Below are positions 1-9,059 of a stretch of 26,636 nucleotides of DNA, piece by piece. Position 1 is the stretch's first letter. Each line of letters begins with the position of its first letter. The position numbers and the translations under genes are program-made. The notes below the pieces were generated by a model. It had not been told where the DNA came from. It saw only the letters and a program-made list of their open reading frames with translations, and did no database searches. The stretch is from Actinomycetota bacterium (lineage in GTDB: Bacteria; Actinomycetota; Actinomycetes; S36-B12): assembly GCA_026392575.1 (NCBI GenBank), contig JAPLBU010000419.1, positions 6,033-32,668 of the forward strand, in the 5' to 3' direction.

Positions 1-2
1 CG

Positions 3-389
3 GCAACGCTGATGATTCTCGAGTCGCTGGGCGCCGACACGGTCAACCTGCCCACGGACCTCACCTTGCCTGAGCTCGTCGAGATGCGTTCGGTCACCCG
101 GCTGCCCCTGGATCTGTATGTCGAGGCGCCCGACGCCATGGGCGGCATCGTGCGAGGCGAGCAGGTCGGCGATCTCATTGCTGCTGCCTCGCCTCTCTAT
201 GTGAAGTTCGGACTCCGGAACTCTCGTCGCCTCTACCCGTCGGGCATGCACCTTCAGGCCGATGCCGAGATCATCGGCCGGGAGAAGGTCCGTCGCGCCG
301 TCGTCTCCATGGAGTGGCTCGCTCGGCATGGGTCGGCCGCCATCCAGTCACTGCCGGGGGCAGCGGGACTGGGGATTCCGCGGCGATGA
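3..389 (+). CDS. U32-family-like (TIM-barrel) protein, 5'-truncated by the window edge
   Basis: Frame is open from base 3. The C-terminal pattern LPLDLYVEAP...PLYVKFGLRNS..YPSG...REKVRRA resembles actinobacterial 'peptidase U32' proteins. Stop TGA 387-389 overlaps the next ATG (ATGA). Confidence 0.6.
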   Translation, partial: ATLMILESLGADTVNLPTDLTLPELVEMRSVTRLPLDLYVEAPDAMGGIVRGEQVGDLIAAASPLYVKFGLRNSRRLYPSGMHLQADAEIIGREKVRRAVVSMEWLARHGSAAIQSLPGAAGLGIPRR

Positions 390-2110
390 CGACGTTGCGC
401 AGCAGCGCGTGGTTCGAGGGTGACGACGAGGTCGCCCTGATCCACCGCGTCGCCATGCGCAACGTCGGCATCGAGCTCGGCTCATCGCACGGCAAGCCCG
501 TCATCGCGATCATGAACTCGGCCAGCGACCTCAACCCCTGCAATCTCCCGCTGGATTCATATGTGGACGACATCCGGGTCGGTGTGCGAGATGCCGGCGG
601 CGTGGCAGTGGAGCTCCCCGTCATGTCATTGGGCGAGGACCTGATGAAGCCCAGCGCGATGCTCTATCGCAACCTGCTGTCGATGGAGGTCGAGGAGTAC
701 GTCCGCACGTATCCCATCGATGGACTCGTGCTGCTCGGCAACTGCGACAAGAGCGTGCCCGGCGCAGTGATGGGAGCGATCAGCGCCGACGTCCCATTCG
801 TCCTCGTCACCGCCGGCGCCAAACCCGTTGCCATGTTCGAAGGGCGACCCATCGGCACGGGTACGGACACGTGGCGTGCATGGGACGACCATCGGGCCGG
901 GCGCATGAGTGACGAGCGCTGGCAGCAGTACGAGCGATGCCTGGCCTGCGGTCTTGGTGCATGCAACACGATGGGCACCACGTCGACGATGGCGGTGCTC
1001 TGCGAGGTACTCGGCGTGAGCCTTCCAGGGTCGGCAGCCATCCCCACCGGCGATCCGCGCCGGCTCGCCGTGGCCCGCAGCTCGGGCCGTCGTGCCGTCG
1101 AGCTGGTCCTTGCGGGCTCGCACCCGATGGACTCAGTGACGGCCGCCGGATTCCGGAACGCGGTTCGGGCCCTTCACGCGGTCGGTGGATCCACCAACGC
1201 GATCATCCACCTCCTCGCCATGGCCGGACGCAGCAGCGTCGACCTGACCCTTGACGGCATGGACGCGCTGGGACGCGGTGTGCCGGTGATCGCCGACGTC
1301 GAGCCGTCAGGGCGCCTCCTCATGCAGGACTTCGACGCCGCGGGCGGTGTCCCGGCGCTCATGTGCGCCCTCGACAACGTCATGGAGATGGACGCCTTGA
1401 CAGCCACGGGTCGTCCGTGGAGCGACGAGGCAGCTGCGTCGGTCGAGTTCGGTGGGGCGCTGGTCGATCCCGCGACACCTCTGCATGCCGACGGCTCGTT
1501 CCGCGTGCTCCACGGCAACCTCGCCCCGGGCGGCGCGGTGATCAAGATCTCGGCTGCGTCGTCGCGACTCCTGCAGCACACCGGCCCGGCCGTGGTCTTC
1601 CACGGCTACGAAGACATGCGCGCGCGCATCGACGATCCCGCGCTGGACGTGACGGCCGACAGCGTGCTCGTGCTGGTCAACGCGGGTCCCGTCGCGGTAC
1701 CGGGAATGCCGGAGTGGGGGATGATCCCGATCCCTACCCGGCTGGCCGCCGCAGGTGTCAAGGACATGGTTCGAGTCACCGATGCGCGGATGAGCGGCAC
1801 CTCGTTCGGTGCCTGCGTCCTGCACGCCGCACCGGAGGCGGCCGCGGGTGGGCCGCTGGGCCTGGTACGCGACCGTGACCGCATCACCTTGGACGTCGCG
1901 GGGGGACGCGTCACCCTGCACGTCGACGACGTGACCCTCAACGAGCGCGAGCTCGCGCGAGACCCATTCACCTCACCGCACCTTCGCGGCTGGCCGGCCC
2001 TGTACCAGCAGCACGTGCTGCAGGCCGATCTCGGCTGTGATCTCGATTTCCTGCGGGCTCCTAGCCCTGAGTCACGCAGGGTTGTCCCCCCGGTCATCGG
2101 GAGGTCCTGA
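386..2110 (+). CDS. IlvD/Edd-family [2Fe-2S] dehydratase, probably a sugar-acid (aldonate) dehydratase
   Basis: Motifs NPCN, GNCDKS, GACNTMGTTSTM, GGSTNA, PGMPEWG and DARMSGT. Start placed at ATG 386 (ATGA coupling). Neighbours are a sugar ABC transporter, a lactonase and a KGSA dehydrogenase. Confidence 0.9.
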   Translation: MTTLRSSAWFEGDDEVALIHRVAMRNVGIELGSSHGKPVIAIMNSASDLNPCNLPLDSYVDDIRVGVRDAGGVAVELPVMSLGEDLMKPSAMLYRNLLSMEVEEYVRTYPIDGLVLLGNCDKSVPGAVMGAISADVPFVLVTAGAKPVAMFEGRPIGTGTDTWRAWDDHRAGRMSDERWQQYERCLACGLGACNTMGTTSTMAVLCEVLGVSLPGSAAIPTGDPRRLAVARSSGRRAVELVLAGSHPMDSVTAAGFRNAVRALHAVGGSTNAIIHLLAMAGRSSVDLTLDGMDALGRGVPVIADVEPSGRLLMQDFDAAGGVPALMCALDNVMEMDALTATGRPWSDEAAASVEFGGALVDPATPLHADGSFRVLHGNLAPGGAVIKISAASSRLLQHTGPAVVFHGYEDMRARIDDPALDVTADSVLVLVNAGPVAVPGMPEWGMIPIPTRLAAAGVKDMVRVTDARMSGTSFGACVLHAAPEAAAGGPLGLVRDRDRITLDVAGGRVTLHVDDVTLNERELARDPFTSPHLRGWPALYQQHVLQADLGCDLDFLRAPSPESRRVVPPVIGRS

Positions 2111-2174
2111 GCCGGGACGCTTCTGGGCCAAATAGAGCCGCGACTGAACAGTCGAGGCACACAAAGGAGGAAGT

Positions 2175-3506
2175 ATGCGAAGAGCGTCACTGGTCGTTGC
2201 GGGAATCGCAACAGCCGCACTTCTCGCTGCGTGTTCGAGCGGGAGCAGCACGGCCACGGATACCGGCGCGGCGGCAGGCGGCAGCGCAGCGGCCTCCGGT
2301 GCCAATGCGGCTCCCGTCACGCTCACGCTGTGGCACAACTACGGCACCGAGCAGAATGCAGTGGCCACCAAGGCCCTCACTGACGCCTACACGGCCGCCC
2401 ATCCCAATGTCACGTTCAATATCGTCAGTCAGCCTGGCGACAACTATTTCGCCCTTTTGCAGGCCGCAGCGGTGTCGAAGACCGGTCCTGATCTTGCCGT
2501 GATGTGGAGCGGACTCTTCTACCTTCCGTACAAGGACTGGCTCGTAAACCTCAAGGGCGTCGTCCCGCAGGAGGCACTGGACACGGTGCAGGGACTCGAC
2601 GCCATGTCGATCGACTACAACGCCGCAAACGGGCCGATCATGATGCCCCTGGAGCGCCAGTTCTACATCGGCTTCTACAACAAGAAGGCCTTTGCCGATG
2701 CGGGCGTCACGATGCCGACCACGTGGGACGAGCTCTACGCAAGCTGCGGCAAGCTCAAGGCGGCCGGCTACACGCCGATCGTCTACGGAAATGGCGGCCA
2801 GAGCCTCGGCGCAACGTTCTACCCGTGGTACGACTCAAGCTACGTCATGATCGGCACTCAGCCGGCCGACAAGTGGAAGGGTCTCTACGACGGAACCAAC
2901 AAGTGGACCGACCCGAAGAACGTGGCCGCCTTCACGAAGTGGGCGGACCTCAAGAAGAAGGGCTGCACGAACGACGACATCCTCACCAAGACTGACAACG
3001 TCGATGACTTCACCAGCGGCAAGGCCGCCATGATCATCGACGGTACCTGGGACACGAAGAAGTTCACGGATGCGATGGGCGACAACGTGGCCGCCTTCGT
3101 CCCGCCGTTCAGCGATACACCGATCAACGGCGTCGTGCAGTCCGAGGGTGACGGTTTCGCCATTCCGAACTACTCGCAGAATCAGGCGGTCGCGGCTGAC
3201 TTCCTGACCTTCATGACCACCCCGGAGGCGGTCAAGATCATCGATGCATCCGGCCTCATCCCGGCGGTCAAGGGGTCGAAGACGTCGAACCCGGTGAACC
3301 AGCAGATGCTCGATATCGCTGCGGACCCGAACTTCACGGTCTACGAGATGCTCGACAACTTCATCCAGGGTGGAGTGGTCGACACCGGAAACAAGATGCT
3401 GCCGTCGATCCTCGACGGGAGCACGAGTCCTGCCGACGGCCTCGGCCAGATGCAGACGGCCTGGGAGCAGTTGCCGGAGGAGAACCGCGGATCGACCTAC
3501 CAGTAG
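2175..3506 (+). CDS. Carbohydrate ABC transporter substrate-binding lipoprotein
   Basis: RBS AAAGGAGG. Signal peptide with lipobox LAAC, Ala/Ser/Gly-rich tether, and CUT1-type motifs (TLWH, FYNKKAF, PTTWDEL, FTSGKAAMIIDGTW). Confidence 0.92.
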   Translation: MRRASLVVAGIATAALLAACSSGSSTATDTGAAAGGSAAASGANAAPVTLTLWHNYGTEQNAVATKALTDAYTAAHPNVTFNIVSQPGDNYFALLQAAAVSKTGPDLAVMWSGLFYLPYKDWLVNLKGVVPQEALDTVQGLDAMSIDYNAANGPIMMPLERQFYIGFYNKKAFADAGVTMPTTWDELYASCGKLKAAGYTPIVYGNGGQSLGATFYPWYDSSYVMIGTQPADKWKGLYDGTNKWTDPKNVAAFTKWADLKKKGCTNDDILTKTDNVDDFTSGKAAMIIDGTWDTKKFTDAMGDNVAAFVPPFSDTPINGVVQSEGDGFAIPNYSQNQAVAADFLTFMTTPEAVKIIDASGLIPAVKGSKTSNPVNQQMLDIAADPNFTVYEMLDNFIQGGVVDTGNKMLPSILDGSTSPADGLGQMQTAWEQLPEENRGSTYQ

Positions 3507-3519
3507 GCGATACCAGGAT

Positions 3520-3552
3520 TCGGTGGACCCGGCCCTCGGCCGGGTCCACCGA
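3520..3552 (+). terminator. Perfect 15-bp stem-loop after the SBP gene (mRNA stabiliser or partial terminator)
   Basis: TCGGTGGACCCGGCC-ctc-GGCCGGGTCCACCGA with no U-tract. This is the usual position for differential SBP vs permease expression. Confidence 0.75.
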
Positions 3553-3583
3553 CCCGACCCATCATCGAGACGAAGGAGCCAGG

Positions 3584-4468
3584 GTGACGCAGCGAACGCG
3601 CTCGCCACTGGTCAGGAGCAGGTACCGCGCCGGCTGGCTGATGACGCTGCCGGCCTTCCTTCTTGTGACCCTCGTGCTGGGGATACCGATCTTCCAGGCC
3701 GTCTACTACTCCATGACGAAGTGGAACGGCATCACCGCAACGTGGATCGGCCCGTCTGCCTACTGGAACGAGTTGACAAACCCGATCTTCTGGCGGGTCA
3801 TCGAGAACAATGCCCTGCTTCTCCTCGCCGTGCCCGTGGCGCTACTGATCCCGCTCGCCATCGCCGCCATCCTCAATGAACACGTGCTCGGCTGGCGACT
3901 GTTCCGCACCGTCTACTTCCTGCCCACCGCGGTCTCCTGGGTGGTCATCGGCATGGTGGCAGCGCGGTTCTTCGCCAAGGAGGGCCTGCTCAACTCCATG
4001 CTCGCCGGCATCGGCCTCGGGAGGATCAGGACGGACTTCCTGTCCGGCGAGAGAAGCGCGCTGCTGGCGATCGGCATCACCTTCGTATGGTCAATGGTCG
4101 GGACGAACACGATCATCTTCCTGACCGGCATGGCCACGCTCGACGAGTTCACTCATGAGGCAGCGCGAGTTGACGGAGCCGGCTACGTGAGGATCTTCTG
4201 GCACATCACGCTGCCGCAGTTGAAGCGGTTCATTCAGTTCGCCTTCGTGATGACCGTCATTAGCGCCTTCACCGCCCTGTTCAGCCTGATCTTCGTCATG
4301 ACCGGCGGCGGCCCGGGCTACGGAACGACGACATTGGAGTTCTTCGTCTACCAGACGGCGTTCGCCAAGGGTGCCTTCGGAGCCGGTGCACTGCTGGGAG
4401 TCATCCTCTTCGTCATCATGGCGGGTATCGGTCTCGCCCAACTCAAGATCCTGCGCACGGACGATTGA
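3584..4468 (+). CDS. Carbohydrate ABC transporter permease 1
   Basis: Multiple hydrophobic helices and an EAA loop (HEAARVDGAG...ITLPQL). GTG start after GAAGGAG. Confidence 0.92.
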   Translation: MTQRTRSPLVRSRYRAGWLMTLPAFLLVTLVLGIPIFQAVYYSMTKWNGITATWIGPSAYWNELTNPIFWRVIENNALLLLAVPVALLIPLAIAAILNEHVLGWRLFRTVYFLPTAVSWVVIGMVAARFFAKEGLLNSMLAGIGLGRIRTDFLSGERSALLAIGITFVWSMVGTNTIIFLTGMATLDEFTHEAARVDGAGYVRIFWHITLPQLKRFIQFAFVMTVISAFTALFSLIFVMTGGGPGYGTTTLEFFVYQTAFAKGAFGAGALLGVILFVIMAGIGLAQLKILRTDD

Positions 4469-4479
4469 GGAGCGACGAC

Positions 4480-5334
4480 ATGACAACCCATGAGGCGACG
4501 CTGGAGCAGCTCGCTCCACCCGCCCGGCGGCCGTTCAGTCTTGGTCGCGTCTTGTTGTTCGTCCTCATGATTGTCGTGGCGATCGTGATGTTCTACCCCT
4601 TCTGGTTCATGATCAGCGCGTCCTTCAAGACGCAGAGGCAGTTCATGGCTGGAACGGGCTTCTCACTCGAGAGTTGGCAGAAGCTTTTGACCGTGCTGCC
4701 GGTGGGGCAGCAACTGCTGAACTCGGCAATTGTGTGCGCACTCAGCATTGCGATCATCGTCGCGGTGAGCACCCTGGCTGGGTTCGCCTTCGCCAAGCTG
4801 CGCTACCGGGCCTCGACCCTGTTCTTCCTGCTCATCATCGCCGCGATGCTGATCCCGATGCAGTCGATCATCATCCCGGCGTATGTGAACATCTCCAAGG
4901 TCCACCTGCTCACGACCTACTTCGGTGCCGTCCTCGTGTATGCGGCGCTCGGCACACCATTCGCGACATTCCTCATGACCGCCTACTACCGCAGCCTCCC
5001 GGACGAACTGATCGAGGCAGCACTCGTCGACGGGCTGGGCTATTGGCGCATCTTCCAGCGCATCGCCCTGCCCCTGTCCATCCCCGCAATAGTCACCATC
5101 ATCGTTCTTCAGGTCATCCAGATCTGGGGCGATCTCCTGATCGGCCTGCTATTCCTCCAGAACCCTGCCCAGCGCACCATCACCGTCGGTCTCGGGGCAC
5201 TGTCGGCAGGACGCGTCACCGAGATCCCCGTGCTCATGGCGGGCTCGCTGGTGAGCGCCATCCCGGCAGTCATCGTCTACCTGATCTTCCAGGGCCAACT
5301 CGTCAAGGGGCTCACGGCGGGAATCAGCAAGTGA
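4480..5334 (+). CDS. Carbohydrate ABC transporter permease 2
   Basis: EAA loop (ELIEAALVDG...IALPLS). ATG 4480 follows GAGGAG. Confidence 0.92.
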   Translation: MTTHEATLEQLAPPARRPFSLGRVLLFVLMIVVAIVMFYPFWFMISASFKTQRQFMAGTGFSLESWQKLLTVLPVGQQLLNSAIVCALSIAIIVAVSTLAGFAFAKLRYRASTLFFLLIIAAMLIPMQSIIIPAYVNISKVHLLTTYFGAVLVYAALGTPFATFLMTAYYRSLPDELIEAALVDGLGYWRIFQRIALPLSIPAIVTIIVLQVIQIWGDLLIGLLFLQNPAQRTITVGLGALSAGRVTEIPVLMAGSLVSAIPAVIVYLIFQGQLVKGLTAGISK

Positions 5335-6239
5335 CGACGCAGGCGGCGGACGTGCAACCCGAATGGCGAGTCCTCGTTCCGGCCGGTGTCGCGCTCGGTG
5401 AGCGCCCGGTCTGGGATCAGGGGTCGGGCACCCTCTTCTGGGTCGACATCCTCGCCGGCGACGTTCACCGCAGCCGTGACACAGGGTCAGCCGGCGGTAC
5501 GTGGGCGGACTCGACGATTCACGTGGGCGACGTCGTGGGTGCAGTGGCGCTCAGGGATGACGGAGGCCTCGTGGCTGGCGTCGATTCATCGATCCGATTC
5601 CTGGACACGTCAGGGGTGGATGATGCAGTCCCGGTCGACGTCGCGATGCCCGTGGGACATAGGTTCAACGACGGTGCCTGCGATCCGGCCGGCCGGTTCC
5701 TCATCGGCAGCGGCGGTTCGACGCCCACGGGCCTCCTCTGGAGCCTCGACTCCACCAGCACCGCTCGCGTTGCCCTCGAGGGGCTCACCGAGTCCAACGG
5801 ACTCGGGTGGTCTGACGACGGGCTCACGATGTTCCTCATCGACTCTGCTGAGCCCGTCATTCGCCGTTACGAGTACGACCCGTTCCTGGGCAGGATCGGA
5901 CAGCGGGTAGCTGATCTCGTCGATCTCTCGAACCGTCCCGGCTGCCCTGATGGACTTGTTGTGGACGCACTCAATCGCCTCTGGGTCCCGCAGTGGGAGG
6001 GAGGCCAGATCAACTGCATCGATCAGGATGGAAACCTGCTCCTGACGTGGACCGTACCGACGACGCAGCCCACGTGCGCCGGTTTCGCGGGCGAAAGCAT
6101 GGACACTCTCGTCCTGGCCACGAGTTGGGAGTCCATGACCAGCGATAAGCGCGCGCGCGAGCCGTGGGCGGGCCACCTTCTTGCCGCCGCGACGCCTGTT
6201 CCCGGAGGCGCCAGTCACCGCTTCGCCACCACTCACTAG
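5331..6239 (+). CDS. SMP-30/gluconolactonase family sugar lactonase
   Basis: Motifs LGE(R)PVWD, RFNDGACD, SNGLGWS, PDGLVVD and PTCAGF. GTG 5331 overlaps the permease stop (GTGA). The upstream part of track ORF 4674..6239 is shadow sequence. Confidence 0.9.
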   Translation: MTTQAADVQPEWRVLVPAGVALGERPVWDQGSGTLFWVDILAGDVHRSRDTGSAGGTWADSTIHVGDVVGAVALRDDGGLVAGVDSSIRFLDTSGVDDAVPVDVAMPVGHRFNDGACDPAGRFLIGSGGSTPTGLLWSLDSTSTARVALEGLTESNGLGWSDDGLTMFLIDSAEPVIRRYEYDPFLGRIGQRVADLVDLSNRPGCPDGLVVDALNRLWVPQWEGGQINCIDQDGNLLLTWTVPTTQPTCAGFAGESMDTLVLATSWESMTSDKRAREPWAGHLLAAATPVPGGASHRFATTH

Positions 6240-6255
6240 CTCAAGAAGGGTTGCC

Positions 6256-7645
6256 ATGCCCAGCCAGTCCGTCGATCCCCGCTTGGCCGCGCCTTTCGGT
6301 CCCGTGCTCGACGACACCACGGCAGCCGAACTCGACGCGGCGGTCCTTCGTTCTCAGGAGGCAGGTAGATCGTGGGCGGTGATGGGCTCAACTGTTCGGG
6401 CGGCCGCGCTCGACGCCGTTGCGGACGCCCTGGATGCTGACGTAGCCAACCTGGCGGAACTCGCCGATCGGGAGACGCGCCTGGGGGTCACCCGCCTCAT
6501 CGGCGAGGTCGGCCGCACAACTTTCCAACTGCGCATGTTCGCGACGGCAGTGCGGGCCGGTTCGCACCTGGGGATTGTCGTGGACTTGGCGGACCCGGCG
6601 GATCCGCCGGTCGGACATCCAGAGCTGCGTCGCATGCTGGTGCCTCTCGGTCCAGTCGCCGTCTTCGGGGCGAGCAACTTTCCTTTCGCGTTCAGCGTCA
6701 TGGGAGGGGACACCGCGGCCGCTCTCGCGGCAGGGTGCAGCGTCGTGGCGAAGGCCCATCCCTCGCATCCGCACGATCGTGCGCGGATTCGACATAGGTA
6801 TCGGCCTCGTCACACACCCGGGCATCAAGGCTGCAGCCTTCACCGGCTCGACATCGGGCGGTCGGGCGCTCTTCGACCTCGCCGCGGGCCGGCCCGAACC
6901 CATCCCCTTCTATGGCGAGATGGGGAGCATCAATCCCGTGGTGGTAACGCCGGGAGCGGCGGATCGTGTGGGGCTCCCGCAGGAATACGTCGCATCGCTC
7001 TGTCTGGGAGGTGGCCAGTTCTGCACCAAGCCCAGCGTGATTCTGGTGCCAAAGACGTCCCGCTTGGCCGAGGCCATCGCCGACGTGATCACTCAGCAAG
7101 CCGACGTGACGCTTCTCAACGCGGGAGTCTTCAACAACCTTCAGCGGAATCTGGCCGAACTCGCCCTCATCCCCGGTGTTGAAGCCGTGCCCGCGAGCAA
7201 CGCAGGTGGCGCTGACACGAGCGGATTCAAGGCGGTGCCTACGGTGATCGTCACGGACGTAGCGAGCGCCATTATGGACGACCGGCTCCTCACGACGGAG
7301 TGCTTCGGCCCGGTCGGAATCGTGATCGAATATGACGGTCCGATAGACCTGATGGAGCTGATCGGTCGGCTTGAAGGCTGCCTTGTCTCGACGATCCACG
7401 CGGAAGCTGACGAAGAACTCTCCGCGTCGGTCGTCGCGGCGCTTGCTGAGATCAGTGGCCGGATCGTGTGGAATGCATGGCCCACCGGCCTGGCCGTCAC
7501 AGGCGCCCAGCACCATGGTGGCCCCTATCCTGCCTCGACGAATGCACTGCACACGTCTGTCGGGGCGACGGCCATGAGGCGTTTCCAGAGGCCGATTGCT
7601 TTCCAGTCGGTACCTGAACACCTACGACCGGCCGCACTTAGATGA
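6256..7645 (+). pseudogene. NADP-dependent 2,5-dioxopentanoate (KGSA)-type aldehyde dehydrogenase, disrupted by an internal deletion and frameshift near 6772
   Basis: The first frame gives GPVAVFGASNFPFAFS..GGDTAAALAAGC..KAHPSHP. The next frame continues IVRGFDIG..HPGIKAAAFTGS..PIPFYGEMGSINP..GQFCTKP..GGPYPAS. The helix normally lying between these segments (roughly 25 aa) is absent. Confidence 0.8.
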
Positions 7646-7655
7646 GGAGGGGACA

Positions 7656-8699
7656 ATGACAGGAACGATGGCCGCGCTGGTCTACGAGGCTCCGCGCGTG
7701 ATGACGATGCGCGAAGTTGCCGTTCCGACGATCGGTGCGACAGACGTGCTGATCCGCGTGGCCTACTCGGGTATCTGCGGGTCGGAGCTGAGCGGTTTCC
7801 TTGGGCAGAGCAGCATTCGCACCCCGCCACTCGTCTTCGGTCATGAAGTCTCCGGGAACATCGTCGTGGTGGGGGATGCTGTCGACGACAACCTTGCGAT
7901 TGGTACCGCCGTCACAGTTAATCCGCTGATTTCGTGCGGGCGTTGCCGATACTGCGTCGCTGGCCGGCAACAACTATGCCCAAGCCGCCTGCTGCTGGGC
8001 GCATCGCTGCCGGGATGCAACTCCGAATTTGTGCGCGTACCGGGCCGCTCGGTCCTCCCCCTGCCCGAGGGTATGAGCCTGGAGTCGGCTGCGATGGTCG
8101 AGCCGATGGCCTTCGCGCTCAACGCCGTCGGGCTCAGTCGAGCGACCCCGACATCGTCCGCCCTCGTCATCGGTGCGGGCGCAATCGGATTGTGCATCAT
8201 GCAGGTGCTTATGGCTTCAGGTGTCGATACGTGCTTCGTGGTCGAGCGGAATCCTGCCCGGCTGGCGATGGCAAGCGGTTTGGGCGGAATTGCGTTGGAT
8301 CCGGAAATCGGTTCGTTCACCGCCCAGATCGCGGAACGTGGCGGTGGAGTTGATGTCGATGTCGCATTCGATGCGGTGGGTGCCCCGGAGACCCGCCGCC
8401 ACTGCCTCTCGGCCGTCTCACCTGGTGGCACTGTCGTTCTCGCCGGGCTTCACTCCGACCTAACGGAGCTTCCCCTCAATACCCTCATTCGCTCGGAGAT
8501 CACTCTCGTTGGAGCATTTGCATACACCCCCAGCCAATTCGCCACGTCACTCAACTGGCTGGCGCAGGGACGGGTTGGGCTACGGGACGGGCTGGTCCGG
8601 GCACCGCTCCACGACGGGCAGCTCTGGTACGAACGCCTCGTTGAGGGGCACCCCGCATCGAAGGTGCTGCTCGAGCCGACGTTGCACCCAGTCGGGTAG
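7656..8699 (+). CDS. Zn-dependent (MDR) sugar/polyol dehydrogenase
   Basis: Motifs ICGSE, GHE, structural-Zn CGRCRYC..GRQQLC and GAGAIG. RBS GAGGAGG before ATG 7656. Confidence 0.9.
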   Translation: MTGTMAALVYEAPRVMTMREVAVPTIGATDVLIRVAYSGICGSELSGFLGQSSIRTPPLVFGHEVSGNIVVVGDAVDDNLAIGTAVTVNPLISCGRCRYCVAGRQQLCPSRLLLGASLPGCNSEFVRVPGRSVLPLPEGMSLESAAMVEPMAFALNAVGLSRATPTSSALVIGAGAIGLCIMQVLMASGVDTCFVVERNPARLAMASGLGGIALDPEIGSFTAQIAERGGGVDVDVAFDAVGAPETRRHCLSAVSPGGTVVLAGLHSDLTELPLNTLIRSEITLVGAFAYTPSQFATSLNWLAQGRVGLRDGLVRAPLHDGQLWYERLVEGHPASKVLLEPTLHPVG

Positions 8700-9059
8700 T
8701 CGTCCCAGGTGCGGCATTCCGACAGTCACATAGGTGCTTCCGGGAATATGTAGCCCCGTGGATGCTGATTGGGTGCACGGGGGTCGATCACGTGTTGCAG
8801 AGCCATGGGGGGTAAGCGTGAACGGGGCAGTGGAGGCGAATGCTGATCCTCAGCCGATTCTGTTCACACCGGATCCGAAAGGCCGGTCGGGGTCGAGTGC
8901 TCGACTGCTAGGGATAGCGCGTCGCGAGGGCTCAGTGCCCTCGGAACTCAGTGTCGACGCCGTGCCGGTGTTCCGGTGGTTCGCCGGCGTTCGACGAACC
9001 CAGGCTGGCGTCGTGAACGATTTCGCCTCCGCGAGCGATCCTAAACGCCGTATGAAGGC

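Noticed and set aside
4674-5330. Apparent long N-terminal extension or fusion on the lactonase
   Set aside because: Alternate frame inside the permease gene; the true start is the coupled GTG at 5331.
2175-5334. ABC transporter lacking an ATPase gene
   Set aside because: Normal for actinobacterial CUT1 systems, which share an MsiK-type ATPase.
6765-6790. Programmed ribosomal frameshift in the ALDH
   Set aside because: No slippery heptamer, and a conserved segment is missing, so frameshifting would not restore the protein.
6800-8699. Impression of lower GC and more A/T-ending codons in the ALDH 3' part and Zn dehydrogenase
   Set aside because: Based on spot inspection only; a sliding-window GC3 calculation is needed before claiming a separate origin.
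8700-9059. Cobalamin riboswitch or hammerhead ribozyme
   Set aside because: ACTGCCCCG on the - strand is not followed by the GCAACTGT/GCCACTG box and lies downstream of genes; CTGATCC does not match the hammerhead CUGANGA core.
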